A stretch of 28,219 bases of DNA from an uncultured Oscillospiraceae bacterium (GTDB lineage Bacteria > Bacillota > Clostridia > Oscillospirales > Oscillospiraceae), in contig CAYPZF010000002.1 of assembly GCA_964415275.1 (NCBI GenBank), positions 1-28,219 of the forward strand, written 5' to 3'. The notes under the pieces were generated by a model. The model saw nothing but the letters and a program-made list of their open reading frames with translations, was not told the origin of the DNA and did not search any database. This document shows, in pieces, positions 16,315 through 25,592 of the stretch (the stretch's first letter is position 1; each line of letters opens with the position of its first letter). The position numbers were made by a program, and so were the translations under genes.

Positions 16315-17526
16315 TTACTCGGGCCGGTGGTAGTGCTTTTTAAACTTGTAATAGTGACCCAGTTGATTTTTAAGAAGGCGCAGCTTGCTCCGCGCCCCCT
16401 GGTTGGCGGGCCCGTACTTCAGGGCGTTGTGATAGGCCCCGGCCTTGACCAGGGCGCGCATCTCCTGGTGATAGCGGCTGGGGGTGTACCGGTAGGCCAC
16501 CCCCAGGGGCACCATGGTCCAGAGGGAGCGGCCGCAGGCCATCACCGGCTCCAGGTCCCGGCCCAGGACCCGGTCCTCCACCAAAAGCCGGGCGATGTTG
16601 TGTCCGGCGCCGGTGACGTAGTAATTGCTGCGCCCTTGGCGGCAGTTGATTTCAAACACCTTATAGGTTCCGTCGCGCTGGTCGAATTTAAGGTCGAAAT
16701 TGGAGAAGCCGGTGAACTGTACCGCCTCCAGAAATCCGCGCAGCCGGCCGCACAGCGCGTCGTTGGTCTCGGTGAGGATGACCGCGTGGTTGCCGATGCC
16801 GTGGGGAGTGTGCTCCTCCAGCAGGACGTGGCCCAGACACATGAGCTTCACCTGGCTGTTCCGGTCGGAATAGCAGGTGAGCACCCGCATGTAGCTGTCG
16901 TCCCCGGGGATGAAGTCCTGGATGACCATGGAGTCGTCGTACCCCGAGGCGTAGACTTTGTCCAGCACCTCCTCCAGCTCCGCCCGGTCCCGGCAGATAA
17001 AGACCTTTTTGTTCCCCTCAAAGGGGTGGTCCCAGTAGGCCACGCCGTTAGAGGGCTTGCAGACGAAGGGGGGCGGGAAGGGGAGGGTGAAGCCGCGCCC
17101 CATCTCGGCCCGGTGGATGAAGGTGTCGGGGTAGTCGATGCCCATCTGGTCGCACAGGGCGTAAAACCGCTCCTTGTGGATCAGGGTGTTGATGAGGGCG
17201 CCGGGCGCGTAGGGCGCCACGCAGTTGGCGGGGAAGTCCTCCTTGTGCTCGGCGCAGAGCTTTACATAGCTGTCCCCGCAGCCGATGACCAGAATGGTCT
17301 TGTCCGGGTGGGCGGCGGCCACATCGGCCACATTCCCGCAGAATACGGCGGCCTCCTCGTTCTCCGGACAGACGCGGTAGTCAATGATGGCGTTGTCATA
17401 GGCGGGGCCGGAGGGGAACTTGCCGTAACAGATGGAGCGCATGCCGTAGGCCTCGTGAAAGGCGCGGGCCACGCTGTAGACATTGATATCCCCTCCAAAC
17501 AGGAGGGGCAGGAAGTTCAGGTCCAT
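16315..17526 (-). CDS. ATP-grasp carboxylate-amine ligase, D-aspartate ligase (Asl/YxbA) type
   Basis: N-terminal PLLFGGDINVYSVARAFHEAYG, GCGD.YV, KPSN, QDFIPGDD, LLEEH.P..IGN, DLKFD.RDG.YK.FEINCRQGRS.YY. These are ATP-grasp metal/ATP motifs plus the N-terminus I recognise from D-Asp ligases, and the gene sits next to an Asp racemase. Confidence 0.8.
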   Translation of the reverse strand: MDLNFLPLLFGGDINVYSVARAFHEAYGMRSICYGKFPSGPAYDNAIIDYRVCPENEEAAVFCGNVADVAAAHPDKTILVIGCGDSYVKLCAEHKEDFPANCVAPYAPGALINTLIHKERFYALCDQMGIDYPDTFIHRAEMGRGFTLPFPPPFVCKPSNGVAYWDHPFEGNKKVFICRDRAELEEVLDKVYASGYDDSMVIQDFIPGDDSYMRVLTCYSDRNSQVKLMCLGHVLLEEHTPHGIGNHAVILTETNDALCGRLRGFLEAVQFTGFSNFDLKFDQRDGTYKVFEINCRQGRSNYYVTGAGHNIARLLVEDRVLGRDLEPVMACGRSLWTMVPLGVAYRYTPSRYHQEMRALVKAGAYHNALKYGPANQGARSKLRLLKNQLGHYYKFKKHYHRPE

Positions 17527-17714
17527 GAAAACGACACCTCAAACCAGGTTTTTTGACCCCGGACCGGAACGCCGGCCAGAGGGGCCAGGCGGGCGGCGGG
17601 GTGAGCGGCGCGGAGATAATCGGCCTCCTCCCGGGAGAGCCGCAGCTCCCGGCGGACGCGCTCCCCACCCCGGAAGGCGGCGGAAAGCATGGCCTCGAAG
17701 GACAAAACATCCAT
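17517..17714 (-). CDS. Small hypothetical protein, 65 aa
   Basis: ATG 17714 follows GGGGAGA. It fills the gap between rel and the ligase in the same orientation and overlaps the ligase start by 10 nt. Sequence: MDVLSFEAMLSAAFRGGERVRRELRLSREEADYLRAAHP...KTWFEVSFSWT. Confidence 0.65.
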   Translation of the reverse strand: MDVLSFEAMLSAAFRGGERVRRELRLSREEADYLRAAHPAARLAPLAGVPVRGQKTWFEVSFSWT

Positions 17715-17761
17715 ATAAATTCTCCCCAACTTTTTGTTCTTTCAATACACGGCCGCGCAAA

Positions 17762-19984
17762 TCAGCCCGTGGCCCGTTTGATCTGATAGACGCCCTGAAT
17801 CTGATTCAGCTTGTTCATGACGCCCGTCAGCTCCTCCCGGTCCCTGACCTCCAGCACCAGGACCACCGCCGCGTGCCCGTCGGGCAGAGAGCGGGCGGAC
17901 AGGGAGGTCACCTTGACCTTCTGGGTGGAGAGGGCCATGGCCACGTCCAGGGTGAGGCCGTTGCGGTCCTTGGCGGAGAGCTCCAGCGAGGTGCGGTAGA
18001 CGCCGTCGTGCTCCGCCCAGTCCACGGTGACCCAGCGCCCCTCTTCCTCCGGCTTGCGGCGCTCGGGGGCGACGTTGGGACAGTCGGCCCGGTGGACGGA
18101 GACCCCGTACCCCCGGGTGATGAATCCCACCACCGGGTCCCCGGGCACGGGGGTGCAGCATTTGGAGAACTTCACCAGGCAGCCCGCCATCCCCTCCACA
18201 ATGATGCCGGCGGAGGCCTTTTTGGAGGCACTCTTGGGCAGGTCGGGCCGGGTGACGGCGGGGGTGATGATGGGGTCGGCGCCGGCGCGATCCGCCGCCT
18301 GGCGCTCCGCCTGGACACGGCCCTGGCGGACCATCTCGTCCTTGATCCGGTTGACCGATTTCAGGGCGCTCATGCCGCCGTAGCCGATGGCGGCGTACAG
18401 CTCGTCCAGGGTGCCGAAGCGGAGCTTTTTGAGGATCTGGGGTAAAACCTCCCCCCCGGTGATGACGGCCATGGTGAGGCCGGCCCGCTTCAGCTCGGAT
18501 TCAAACATGGCGCGGCCGGTGGCGATGTTCTCCTCCCGCCGCTCCTTTTTAAACCACTGGCGGATTTTGGTCCTGGCCTCGTTGCTCTTGGCAATCTTAG
18601 TCCAGTCCCGGCTGGGGCCGTGGGCGTTTTTCGCGGTGAGAATCTCCACGATGTCGCCGCTCTCCAGCTCGTAGTCAAAGGTGACAAGCCGGCCGTTTAC
18701 CTTGGCGCCCGTCATGTGGTTGCCGACGGCGGAGTGGATGTTATAGGCAAAATCAATGGGGGTGGCGCCGGCGGGCAGGCTCTTTACATCCCCCTTGGGA
18801 GTAAAGACGAACACCTCGTCGGCAAACATATCCACCTTCAGGGTCCGGACGAACTCCTCCGCGTCGGTGTCCTGCTGGTTTTCCAGCAGGCGGCGCACCC
18901 AGGCAAAGGCATCCTCCGTGCCCACCTTGACGTTGGCCATCCCCTGCTTGTATTTCCAGTGGGCGGCCACGCCGTATTCCGCTGTGTGGTGCATCTCCCA
19001 GGTGCGGATCTGCACCTCGAAGGGGATGCCCTCCCGGCCGATAACGGTGGCGTGGAGGGATTGGTACATGTTGGGCTTGGGGGTGCCGATATAGTCCTTG
19101 AACCGGCCTAGGACAGGCTTGAACAGATCGTGGATGCAGCCCAGGACGTTGTAGCACTCCGGGATATCGTCCACAATCACCCGGAAGGCGTAAAGGTCGA
19201 AAATCTCGTCCAGGGTCTTGTTCTGGGCGTACATCTTCCGGTAGATGGAGTAGATATGCTTGACCCGGCCGTAGACCTCGCCCCGGACGCCCTCCTCCGC
19301 CAGACGGTGCTCGATGCGGCGGCGCACGGACATCAAAAACTCCTCATGGGCGGAGGAGCGGCGGACCAGCTCCTCTGATATCTCCTGATAGCCCACCGGG
19401 TCCAGGTATTTGAGGGAGAGGTCCTCCAGCTCCCACTTGATCCGCTGCATGCCGAGCCGGTGGGCGATGGGAGCGTAAATCTCCATGGTCTCCAGGGCCT
19501 TTTCCTTCTGCTTGCGCTGGCTCTGGTAGTTGATGGTGCGCATGTTGTGGAGGCGGTCGCAGATTTTGATGAGGATGACCCGGATGTCCTTGGCCATGGC
19601 CATGAGCATCTTGCGCAGATTCTCCATCTGCTCCTCTTCCTTGGAGGTATACTGCACCCGGGTGAGCTTGGTGACCCCCTCCACCAGCTCCGCCACTGTG
19701 CCGCCGAACCGCTTGGCCACCTCCTCATGGGTGGCGCCGGTGTCCTCAATGCAGTCATGGAGCAGCGCGGCGATGACGGAGTCGGTGTCCAGCCCCAGGT
19801 CGGCCACAAGCTCACCCACGGCCAGGGGGTGGGTGATAAAGGGGGACCCGTCCTTGCGCAGCTGCTGATGGTGGGCGTCGTCGGCGTAAGTGAACGCGGC
19901 AAACAGACGCTCGGTGTCCAGCGTCGGGTTATAGGTCTTTATTTTCTTTTCCAGCGCGTAATAGCGCTCTAAAATCGGGTCCAT
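17762..19984 (-). CDS. rel: Bifunctional (p)ppGpp synthetase/hydrolase Rel
   Basis: HD hydrolase (HP..V, LHDCIEDT), synthetase (GRVKHIYSIY, DLYAFRV, RFKDYI, YQSLH, EVQIRT), TGS (FVFTPKG, DFAY.IH), Cys-rich ZFD and ACT domains. Start at ATG 19984 after GAGGAG. Confidence 0.97.
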   Translation of the reverse strand: MDPILERYYALEKKIKTYNPTLDTERLFAAFTYADDAHHQQLRKDGSPFITHPLAVGELVADLGLDTDSVIAALLHDCIEDTGATHEEVAKRFGGTVAELVEGVTKLTRVQYTSKEEEQMENLRKMLMAMAKDIRVILIKICDRLHNMRTINYQSQRKQKEKALETMEIYAPIAHRLGMQRIKWELEDLSLKYLDPVGYQEISEELVRRSSAHEEFLMSVRRRIEHRLAEEGVRGEVYGRVKHIYSIYRKMYAQNKTLDEIFDLYAFRVIVDDIPECYNVLGCIHDLFKPVLGRFKDYIGTPKPNMYQSLHATVIGREGIPFEVQIRTWEMHHTAEYGVAAHWKYKQGMANVKVGTEDAFAWVRRLLENQQDTDAEEFVRTLKVDMFADEVFVFTPKGDVKSLPAGATPIDFAYNIHSAVGNHMTGAKVNGRLVTFDYELESGDIVEILTAKNAHGPSRDWTKIAKSNEARTKIRQWFKKERREENIATGRAMFESELKRAGLTMAVITGGEVLPQILKKLRFGTLDELYAAIGYGGMSALKSVNRIKDEMVRQGRVQAERQAADRAGADPIITPAVTRPDLPKSASKKASAGIIVEGMAGCLVKFSKCCTPVPGDPVVGFITRGYGVSVHRADCPNVAPERRKPEEEGRWVTVDWAEHDGVYRTSLELSAKDRNGLTLDVAMALSTQKVKVTSLSARSLPDGHAAVVLVLEVRDREELTGVMNKLNQIQGVYQIKRATG

Positions 19985-19995
19985 AGGGGCTCCTC

Positions 19996-22089
19996 TCAGG
20001 CTTCGGCCATGCTGCGCTCCGCGTGCCGGAGCACGCCGCGCAGCTGCCGCATGAGCGTCGACGCCTCCAGGTCCACCTGCCGGTTCTCCCCCGTGAGGGT
20101 GACCCGCAGATGGTCGGCGGTCTCCTCCAGCCGGATGAGGCCGCACTCGTGGAAGACATCCAGACACACCAGGGTGCGCATCAGCACGGGGCGCTGACCG
20201 CACTCCCGCGCCACGCACTTGGTGAGGTGGCAGCAGGTCCCCTCAAGGGGCTGCTTGGCCGCGTGGACCTGGAGGTAGCGCCAGAGGTTGATAAACTCCT
20301 CTCGGCAGGGCAGCAGAGCGCGGGCCTCCTTGGCGGTGAGCTCCTCGCCGGCGCACAGCTTGTCGTACAGGGCCTTTTCCCGCTGGACCCGCGTGAGGGC
20401 GGGCCGGGTGTCCACCACACGGAGCTGGACGGTGCGCATACCGCGGTACCCGTTGATTTGGGGATAAAACGCCACGTCCACCCGATCCCCTATCCGCAGA
20501 CCGCAGGACTCTGAGTTCATAAAAAAGAAAATCGCGTCGAAGGAGGTGTTCCGCCGGCTGAGTTTCAGCTTCAGATGGCGGCCGCCCCCCACGTCGGACA
20601 TGGCGCACACCGTGGCGGCGGACAGCATCAGCACCGGCCTGGGGTTGCCCGCGCCGTAAGGCTCCAGCTGGGCCAGAGCCTCCACCCCCTCCAGGGTCAA
20701 CAGAGCGGGGTCCTCCACCTCCGCGTCCACCTCCAGGGTGGAGCACAGGACATCGCCCCCCACATGGAGGCCGACCTGGTGGTCCATACAGGCGGTAAAG
20801 GCGGGAATGTTCTCCTCCCGGATGGTGAAGCCGGCGGCCAGGGCGTGACCGCCAAAGCCCTCCAGCAGGTGCGCGCAGCCCTCCAGCGCGGCGAAGAGGT
20901 TGAACCCCGCGTAGGACCGGCAGGAGCCTTTGCCCACGCCGTCCTGGAGGCAGATCATAAAGGTGGGGCTGGCGTACTTCTCCGCCAGGCGGGAGGCCAC
21001 GATGCCCACCACGCCCTGGTGCCACTGGGTGCTGGAGAGCACAATGACGTGCCGGTGGAAGGCGGGGTCCCGCTCCACCAGAGACACACAATTTTCAAAA
21101 ATTTCCCGCTCGATGCACTGCCGCTCCCGGTTGAGGCCGCACAGCGCCTGGGCCAGTTCCCCCGCCCGGACGGGGTCCTTGGTGAGCAGCAGCTTGGCGG
21201 CCACCGAGGCCCGGCATATCCGGCCCGCGGCGTTGAGCCGGGGCGCCAGCATATAGCCGATGGTGGAGGCGCTGATGGCCTTGTTCTCCATACCGGCCTC
21301 CCGGAGCAGCGCCCGCAGACCGGGGCGCTTGCTGTTTTGCATGGATTCCAGCCCCATGCGGACAATGGCCCTGTTCTCCCCCAGCAGGCACATAACGTCG
21401 GCCACCGTGCCGATGGCGGTGAGGTCGGCGTATTTGTCCAGCACCTCCCCGTGCCGCGCCGGGCCGGCCAGCGCCAGCGCCAGCTTGAGGGCCACTCCCA
21501 CACCGGCCAGGGCCTTGAAGGGGTAGCCGCAGTCGCTCCGCCGGGGGTCCACCACCGCGCAGGCGGCGGGCAGCGCGTCCTTGCACTCGTGGTGGTCGGT
21601 GATAATGACATCCATGCCCAGGCTGCCGGCGTAAAGGGTCTCTTCCACGGCGGTGATGCCGCAGTCCACGGTGATGATGAGAGAGACCCCCTTCTCCCGC
21701 AGAAAGGCCACCGCCTCCCGGTTGAGGCCGTACCCCTCCTCCATCCGGTCGGGGATATAGGGGACGACGTCCCCCCCTTCCTCCCGCAGGAACTGGGCGA
21801 GCAGGCAGGTGGCGGTGATGCCGTCCACGTCATAGTCGCCATAGACGGCCATCTTCTCCCCCCGGGCCAGGGCGGCCCTAATGCGGGCCGCCGCTTTATC
21901 CATGTCCTTCAGCAGCTCAGGCGCGCACAGAAGGGAGGCGTCGGAGGCCAAAAAGTCGCTGGCCTTCTCCAGCGTGTCCAGCCCGCGGGCACAGAGGACA
22001 GAGGCCACTAGGGGGTGCACCCCCTGGCCCTCCATGACCCGGGCGGCCGCCGCCGCGGAGGGGGCCTGATTCCAAATCTTATATTTCAT
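19996..22089 (-). CDS. recJ: ssDNA-specific exonuclease RecJ with a Firmicute-type C-terminal extension
   Basis: YGDYDVDG, PDRMEEGYG, ITVDCG, TDHH, GT.ADV, PRLNAAGR, GKGS.RS, FGGH..AAG and LEPYG.GNP. Confidence 0.96.
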   Translation of the reverse strand: MKYKIWNQAPSAAAAARVMEGQGVHPLVASVLCARGLDTLEKASDFLASDASLLCAPELLKDMDKAAARIRAALARGEKMAVYGDYDVDGITATCLLAQFLREEGGDVVPYIPDRMEEGYGLNREAVAFLREKGVSLIITVDCGITAVEETLYAGSLGMDVIITDHHECKDALPAACAVVDPRRSDCGYPFKALAGVGVALKLALALAGPARHGEVLDKYADLTAIGTVADVMCLLGENRAIVRMGLESMQNSKRPGLRALLREAGMENKAISASTIGYMLAPRLNAAGRICRASVAAKLLLTKDPVRAGELAQALCGLNRERQCIEREIFENCVSLVERDPAFHRHVIVLSSTQWHQGVVGIVASRLAEKYASPTFMICLQDGVGKGSCRSYAGFNLFAALEGCAHLLEGFGGHALAAGFTIREENIPAFTACMDHQVGLHVGGDVLCSTLEVDAEVEDPALLTLEGVEALAQLEPYGAGNPRPVLMLSAATVCAMSDVGGGRHLKLKLSRRNTSFDAIFFFMNSESCGLRIGDRVDVAFYPQINGYRGMRTVQLRVVDTRPALTRVQREKALYDKLCAGEELTAKEARALLPCREEFINLWRYLQVHAAKQPLEGTCCHLTKCVARECGQRPVLMRTLVCLDVFHECGLIRLEETADHLRVTLTGENRQVDLEASTLMRQLRGVLRHAERSMAEA

Positions 22090-22142
22090 TGGTCGCCCTC
22101 CTCTCTCAGCCGGCGCGGATATGCGGACAAATTTAGTATTTT

Positions 22143-22171
22143 ATTATAACAAATTTCTGCCCTTGTGACAA
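22143..22171 (-). promoter_or_regulatory. Sigma-A promoter for recJ-rel
   Basis: TTGTCA (22171-22166), 17 nt spacer, TATAAT (22148-22143), with an extended -10 (TGTTATAAT). Confidence 0.7.
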
Positions 22172-22201
22172 GGGTTTGCGGAGAATTTGTCAAATCCCTC
22201 C

Positions 22202-24046
22202 CTATTTTGACCCGCTTGAGGAGGCGTAATAATCCGAGAGCAGTATTTTCCGGGAAATCTCAAATGTTTCGGCCATTTTGGCGGCCTGCCGGGAGGCGTA
22301 GTCCTGATCGGGGCAGTCCCCGTTTTTGCTGTACCATGCGCCGTCATACCAGGTGCCGTCGGAGAAAAAGACGCAGCGCGCCTCCGGGGAGAACAGGTCT
22401 ATGCCCGCATACCACGCCTCCGCGGCATCCAGCCCGAACAGGTTGACCAGGGTGGGCAGCAGGTCGGCGCTGGAGCTCACCTCCTCCACCTTCCGGGGCG
22501 TCAGGTCCGCGGCGTAGAGGAAAAGCGGCGTGCGCTGGAGCAGGTTCATGTCGTAGACGTCCTTATACTGCATGACCAGAGCGTCGTTCATGACGTAGTA
22601 GTTGTAGTGGTCCGCGTAGAAGACCACCACCGTGTTCTCCAGCAGGCCGTCGGCCTCCAGCCGGTCAAAGAGGGCCCCCACGAACAGGTCGGTCTCCCGG
22701 GCGTGGGCCATGGCGTGGAGAAACACGTCGTCGGTGCCGGGGTAGAGGGCCTTCATTTCCTCATAGTGGACCGAGGAGGACGCCGCGTCGGTATAGGGCC
22801 CATGGCCGGAATAGGTGATGACAAAGCTGAAAAAGGGCGACGCGCCGGTCATGAGGTCATATCCCTCCATCAGCTGGCTGTCCGCGGTAAAGTCGGCCAT
22901 GCCCAGGTCGGCGCCGCTGTGGTATGTATAGCCCCAGTTGGCGTGTATGTCGCCCCGGTTGTACACCGAGCCCGGGCTGCCGTGGAAGGAGCGCGCCGTA
23001 TACCCCGCCGCCTGAAACAGGTGGGCCAGAGAATAGGGCATCTCGGCCTGGGCGTACGCGTCCACCGGCACGCCGGAGCGGGGCGGAATGAGGCCGGTGT
23101 TCACGATGAACTCGGTGTTAAAGGTGCCCGCCGTGATGTACGCCGGTGTGTAGTGCGCGGTAAAATCCAGGGCGTTCTCCCGGATGTTGTAGAGACTGGG
23201 CATGGTCTGCTCGTTGAGCATCCAGGTGTCGATGGCCTCCAGCTGAATGAGCAGGAGGTTGCGGCCGGCGAGGGCGCCGGTCATCTCGTTGCCCCCGGCG
23301 GCGGGCAGGGCGCCAAACACCGTGGCGGCCAGCTCCTCCCGCAGGCCGTCGGGCTGCTCCCCAAAGGGGTTCACCGTCCGCCACAGGTCCCGGAAGGTGT
23401 ACTGGTACAGGCCCGCCTTACAGAGGCTCTTCTTGGTGTCCATAAAATTGGCGTAGGCGCTGCCGCCCCCGTCCCAGACCACCACGTCGTAGTCCTTCAT
23501 CAGGGTCTGGTGGAGGGGGAGGACGCAGAGAATCCCCACAACCGCGCCCGCCCCGGCGGCCACGAGCCGCTGGGGGAGGGGCCTGGCCTGTCCCCCTTTA
23601 GGGGACAGAAGCGCGGCCGCCGCCATGGTGAGCAGGGCCAGCAGCACCAGGAGGAGGGTCCGCTTGGGGATCTGAATATAGGACAGGTCGGCAAACGCCG
23701 CCCCGTCCCCGGCAAAGCCCAGATCGGAGAAGGCGAAAAACCGGTTGAAAAGGTTGAGCAGCGTGCCGTGGGCCAGGGTGAGCACGCCGAACAACAGGAT
23801 GGTGGCAATCAGGTAGACCTTGCGGGCCCGTCCGGGCAGGAGGACGGCCACCGCGGTCAGAATCAGGCTCCAGCCCACGCCGAACAGCACGGGGGCGGGG
23901 TCCCGCAGGGGGACGCCGCCATACGCGTGGTAGATGAGCTGGAACCCCAGGGCAAGTCCCACATAAGACGCAAGGCACAGGAGAAGCCAGGCCTGCCGCA
24001 GCCCGGTCCCCTGTGCCGCGCGGGGACGCTGTTTGAATCGGCTCAA
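22202..24046 (-). CDS. LTA synthase / alkaline-phosphatase-superfamily membrane sulfatase-like protein
   Basis: N-terminal TM bundle, then an extracellular domain with QLEA (metal Glu), AGTFNTEF (catalytic Thr position), [12 protein letters not shown] and PT..NLFG. The TTG start overlaps the glyQS TGA. Confidence 0.8.
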   Translation of the reverse strand: MSRFKQRPRAAQGTGLRQAWLLLCLASYVGLALGFQLIYHAYGGVPLRDPAPVLFGVGWSLILTAVAVLLPGRARKVYLIATILLFGVLTLAHGTLLNLFNRFFAFSDLGFAGDGAAFADLSYIQIPKRTLLLVLLALLTMAAAALLSPKGGQARPLPQRLVAAGAGAVVGILCVLPLHQTLMKDYDVVVWDGGGSAYANFMDTKKSLCKAGLYQYTFRDLWRTVNPFGEQPDGLREELAATVFGALPAAGGNEMTGALAGRNLLLIQLEAIDTWMLNEQTMPSLYNIRENALDFTAHYTPAYITAGTFNTEFIVNTGLIPPRSGVPVDAYAQAEMPYSLAHLFQAAGYTARSFHGSPGSVYNRGDIHANWGYTYHSGADLGMADFTADSQLMEGYDLMTGASPFFSFVITYSGHGPYTDAASSSVHYEEMKALYPGTDDVFLHAMAHARETDLFVGALFDRLEADGLLENTVVVFYADHYNYYVMNDALVMQYKDVYDMNLLQRTPLFLYAADLTPRKVEEVSSSADLLPTLVNLFGLDAAEAWYAGIDLFSPEARCVFFSDGTWYDGAWYSKNGDCPDQDYASRQAAKMAETFEISRKILLSDYYASSSGSK

Positions 24047-25467
24047 TACGCGATCCGCTCCGCGATATAGTCTTTGAGTTGTTCGATGGGGATACGCACC
24101 TGCTCCATGGTATCCCGCACCCGCACCGTGACACGGTGGTCGGCCTCGGTCTTGTCGTCGCCCACGGTCTGAAAGTCCACGGTGACACAGAAGGGGGTGC
24201 CAATCTCGTCCTGCCGGCGGTAGCGCTTTCCGATGGAGCCGGCGTCGTCATAATCCGCCATAAAATGCCCGGAGAGCGCCGTCTGAATCTCCCGGGCCTT
24301 GTCGCCCAGCTTTTTAGACAGGGGCAGAACGGCGCACTTGAAGGGGGCCAGGGCCGGGTGGAGGCGGAGCACGGTGCGCACATCGTTTTTCTCCGGGTCC
24401 ACCACCTCCTCGTCATAGGCGTCCACCAGGAAGGCCAGGGTGACCCGGTCGGCGCCCAGAGAGGGCTCTATCACATAGGGAATGTAGTGCTCGTTCTTTT
24501 CCTGGTCGTAGTAGGTCATGTCCTTGCCGCTGGCGGTCTGGTGGGCGGTAAGGTCAAAGTTGGTGCGGCTGGCCACGCCCCACAGCTCGCCCCAGCCGAA
24601 GGGGAAGACAAACTCGAAGTCTGTGGTGGCGTTGGAGTAGTGGGAGAGCTCCTCGGGGTCGTGGTCCCTCAGGCGCAGGTTCTCCTCCTTGAGGCCCAGG
24701 CCCAGCAGCCACTGGAAGCAGTAGTCCTTCCAGTACTGGAACCACTCCAGCTCGGTGCCCGGCTGACAGAAAAACTCCAGCTCCATCTGCTCGAACTCCC
24801 GGGTGCGGAAGATAAAGTTGCCCGGGGTGATCTCATTGCGGAAGGACTTTCCAATCTGACAGACGCCGAAGGGCAGCTTCCTTCTCGTGGTGCGCTGGAC
24901 GGCGGGGAAATTCACAAAAATACCCTGGGCGGTCTCGGGGCGCAGGTATACGGTGTTTCTGGCGTCCTCGGTGACCCCCTGGAAGGTCTTGAACATCAGG
25001 TTGAACTGGCGGATGTCGGTCCAGTTGTGCTTGCCGCAGGTGGGGCAGGCAATCTGGTGCTCCTCCACAAAGGCCTTCATCTCCTCCTGGGAGAAGGCGT
25101 CCACCGGCTTGGGCAGGACAACGCCGCTGGCCTGGGCCCATTCTTCAATGGTTTTATCAGCCCGAAAGCGCTCTTTGCACTCCTTGCAGTCCATCAGGGG
25201 GTCGGAGAACCCGCCCACGTGGCCGGAGGCCACCCAGGTCTGCGGGTTCATCAGAATGGCCGCGTCCAGGCCGACGTTGTAGGGGCTTTCCTGGACAAAC
25301 TTCTTCCACCAGGCCCGCTTGATGTTGTTCTTGAGCTCCACGCCCAGGGGGCCGTAATCCCAGCTGTTGGCCAGGCCGCCGTAAATCTCACTGCCGGGAA
25401 ACACGAAGCCGCGGCCCTTGCACAGGGCGACAATCTTTTCCATGGTCTTCTCTCTGTTGGTAAGCAT
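24043..25467 (-). CDS. glyQS: Glycine--tRNA ligase (single-chain alpha2 type)
   Basis: [58 protein letters not shown] and [13 protein letters not shown]. Confidence 0.97.
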   Translation of the reverse strand: MLTNREKTMEKIVALCKGRGFVFPGSEIYGGLANSWDYGPLGVELKNNIKRAWWKKFVQESPYNVGLDAAILMNPQTWVASGHVGGFSDPLMDCKECKERFRADKTIEEWAQASGVVLPKPVDAFSQEEMKAFVEEHQIACPTCGKHNWTDIRQFNLMFKTFQGVTEDARNTVYLRPETAQGIFVNFPAVQRTTRRKLPFGVCQIGKSFRNEITPGNFIFRTREFEQMELEFFCQPGTELEWFQYWKDYCFQWLLGLGLKEENLRLRDHDPEELSHYSNATTDFEFVFPFGWGELWGVASRTNFDLTAHQTASGKDMTYYDQEKNEHYIPYVIEPSLGADRVTLAFLVDAYDEEVVDPEKNDVRTVLRLHPALAPFKCAVLPLSKKLGDKAREIQTALSGHFMADYDDAGSIGKRYRRQDEIGTPFCVTVDFQTVGDDKTEADHRVTVRVRDTMEQVRIPIEQLKDYIAERIAY

Positions 25468-25528
25468 AGGGGGTTCCGTCCTTTCGCGCCATATGGCTTA
25501 TGGCGTCAGATTTTGAGGTAATAATACC

Positions 25529-25556
25529 ATTATATGCGGAAACCCCGTGATGTCAA
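25529..25556 (-). promoter_or_regulatory. Consensus sigma-A promoter for glyQS
   Basis: TTGACA (25556-25551), 16 nt spacer, TATAAT (25534-25529). Confidence 0.75.
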
Positions 25557-25592
25557 CCTCCCATTGTATCCCTGCCGCCGGAAGCGGCGGAG

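Noticed and set aside
13181-17526. Split cyanophycin-synthetase-like system (ATP-grasp + Mur ligase + arginine-pathway enzyme making an Asp-Arg/Orn polymer)
   Set aside because: The domain mix is suggestive. However, the Mur ligase keeps the MurE N-terminal UDP-sugar domain, the ATP-grasp N-terminus is Asl-like, the racemase implies D-Asp (cyanophycin uses L-Asp), and no cyanophycinase is nearby. An in vitro polymer assay would settle it.
17762-20218. Extended N-termini given by the ORF track for rel, the M16 peptidase, MurE-ArgB, the HD protein, the metallophosphoesterase, gpr and rpsT
   Set aside because: The extensions overlap neighbouring genes or promoters and lack family similarity. 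Downstream starts with clear RBS were used instead.
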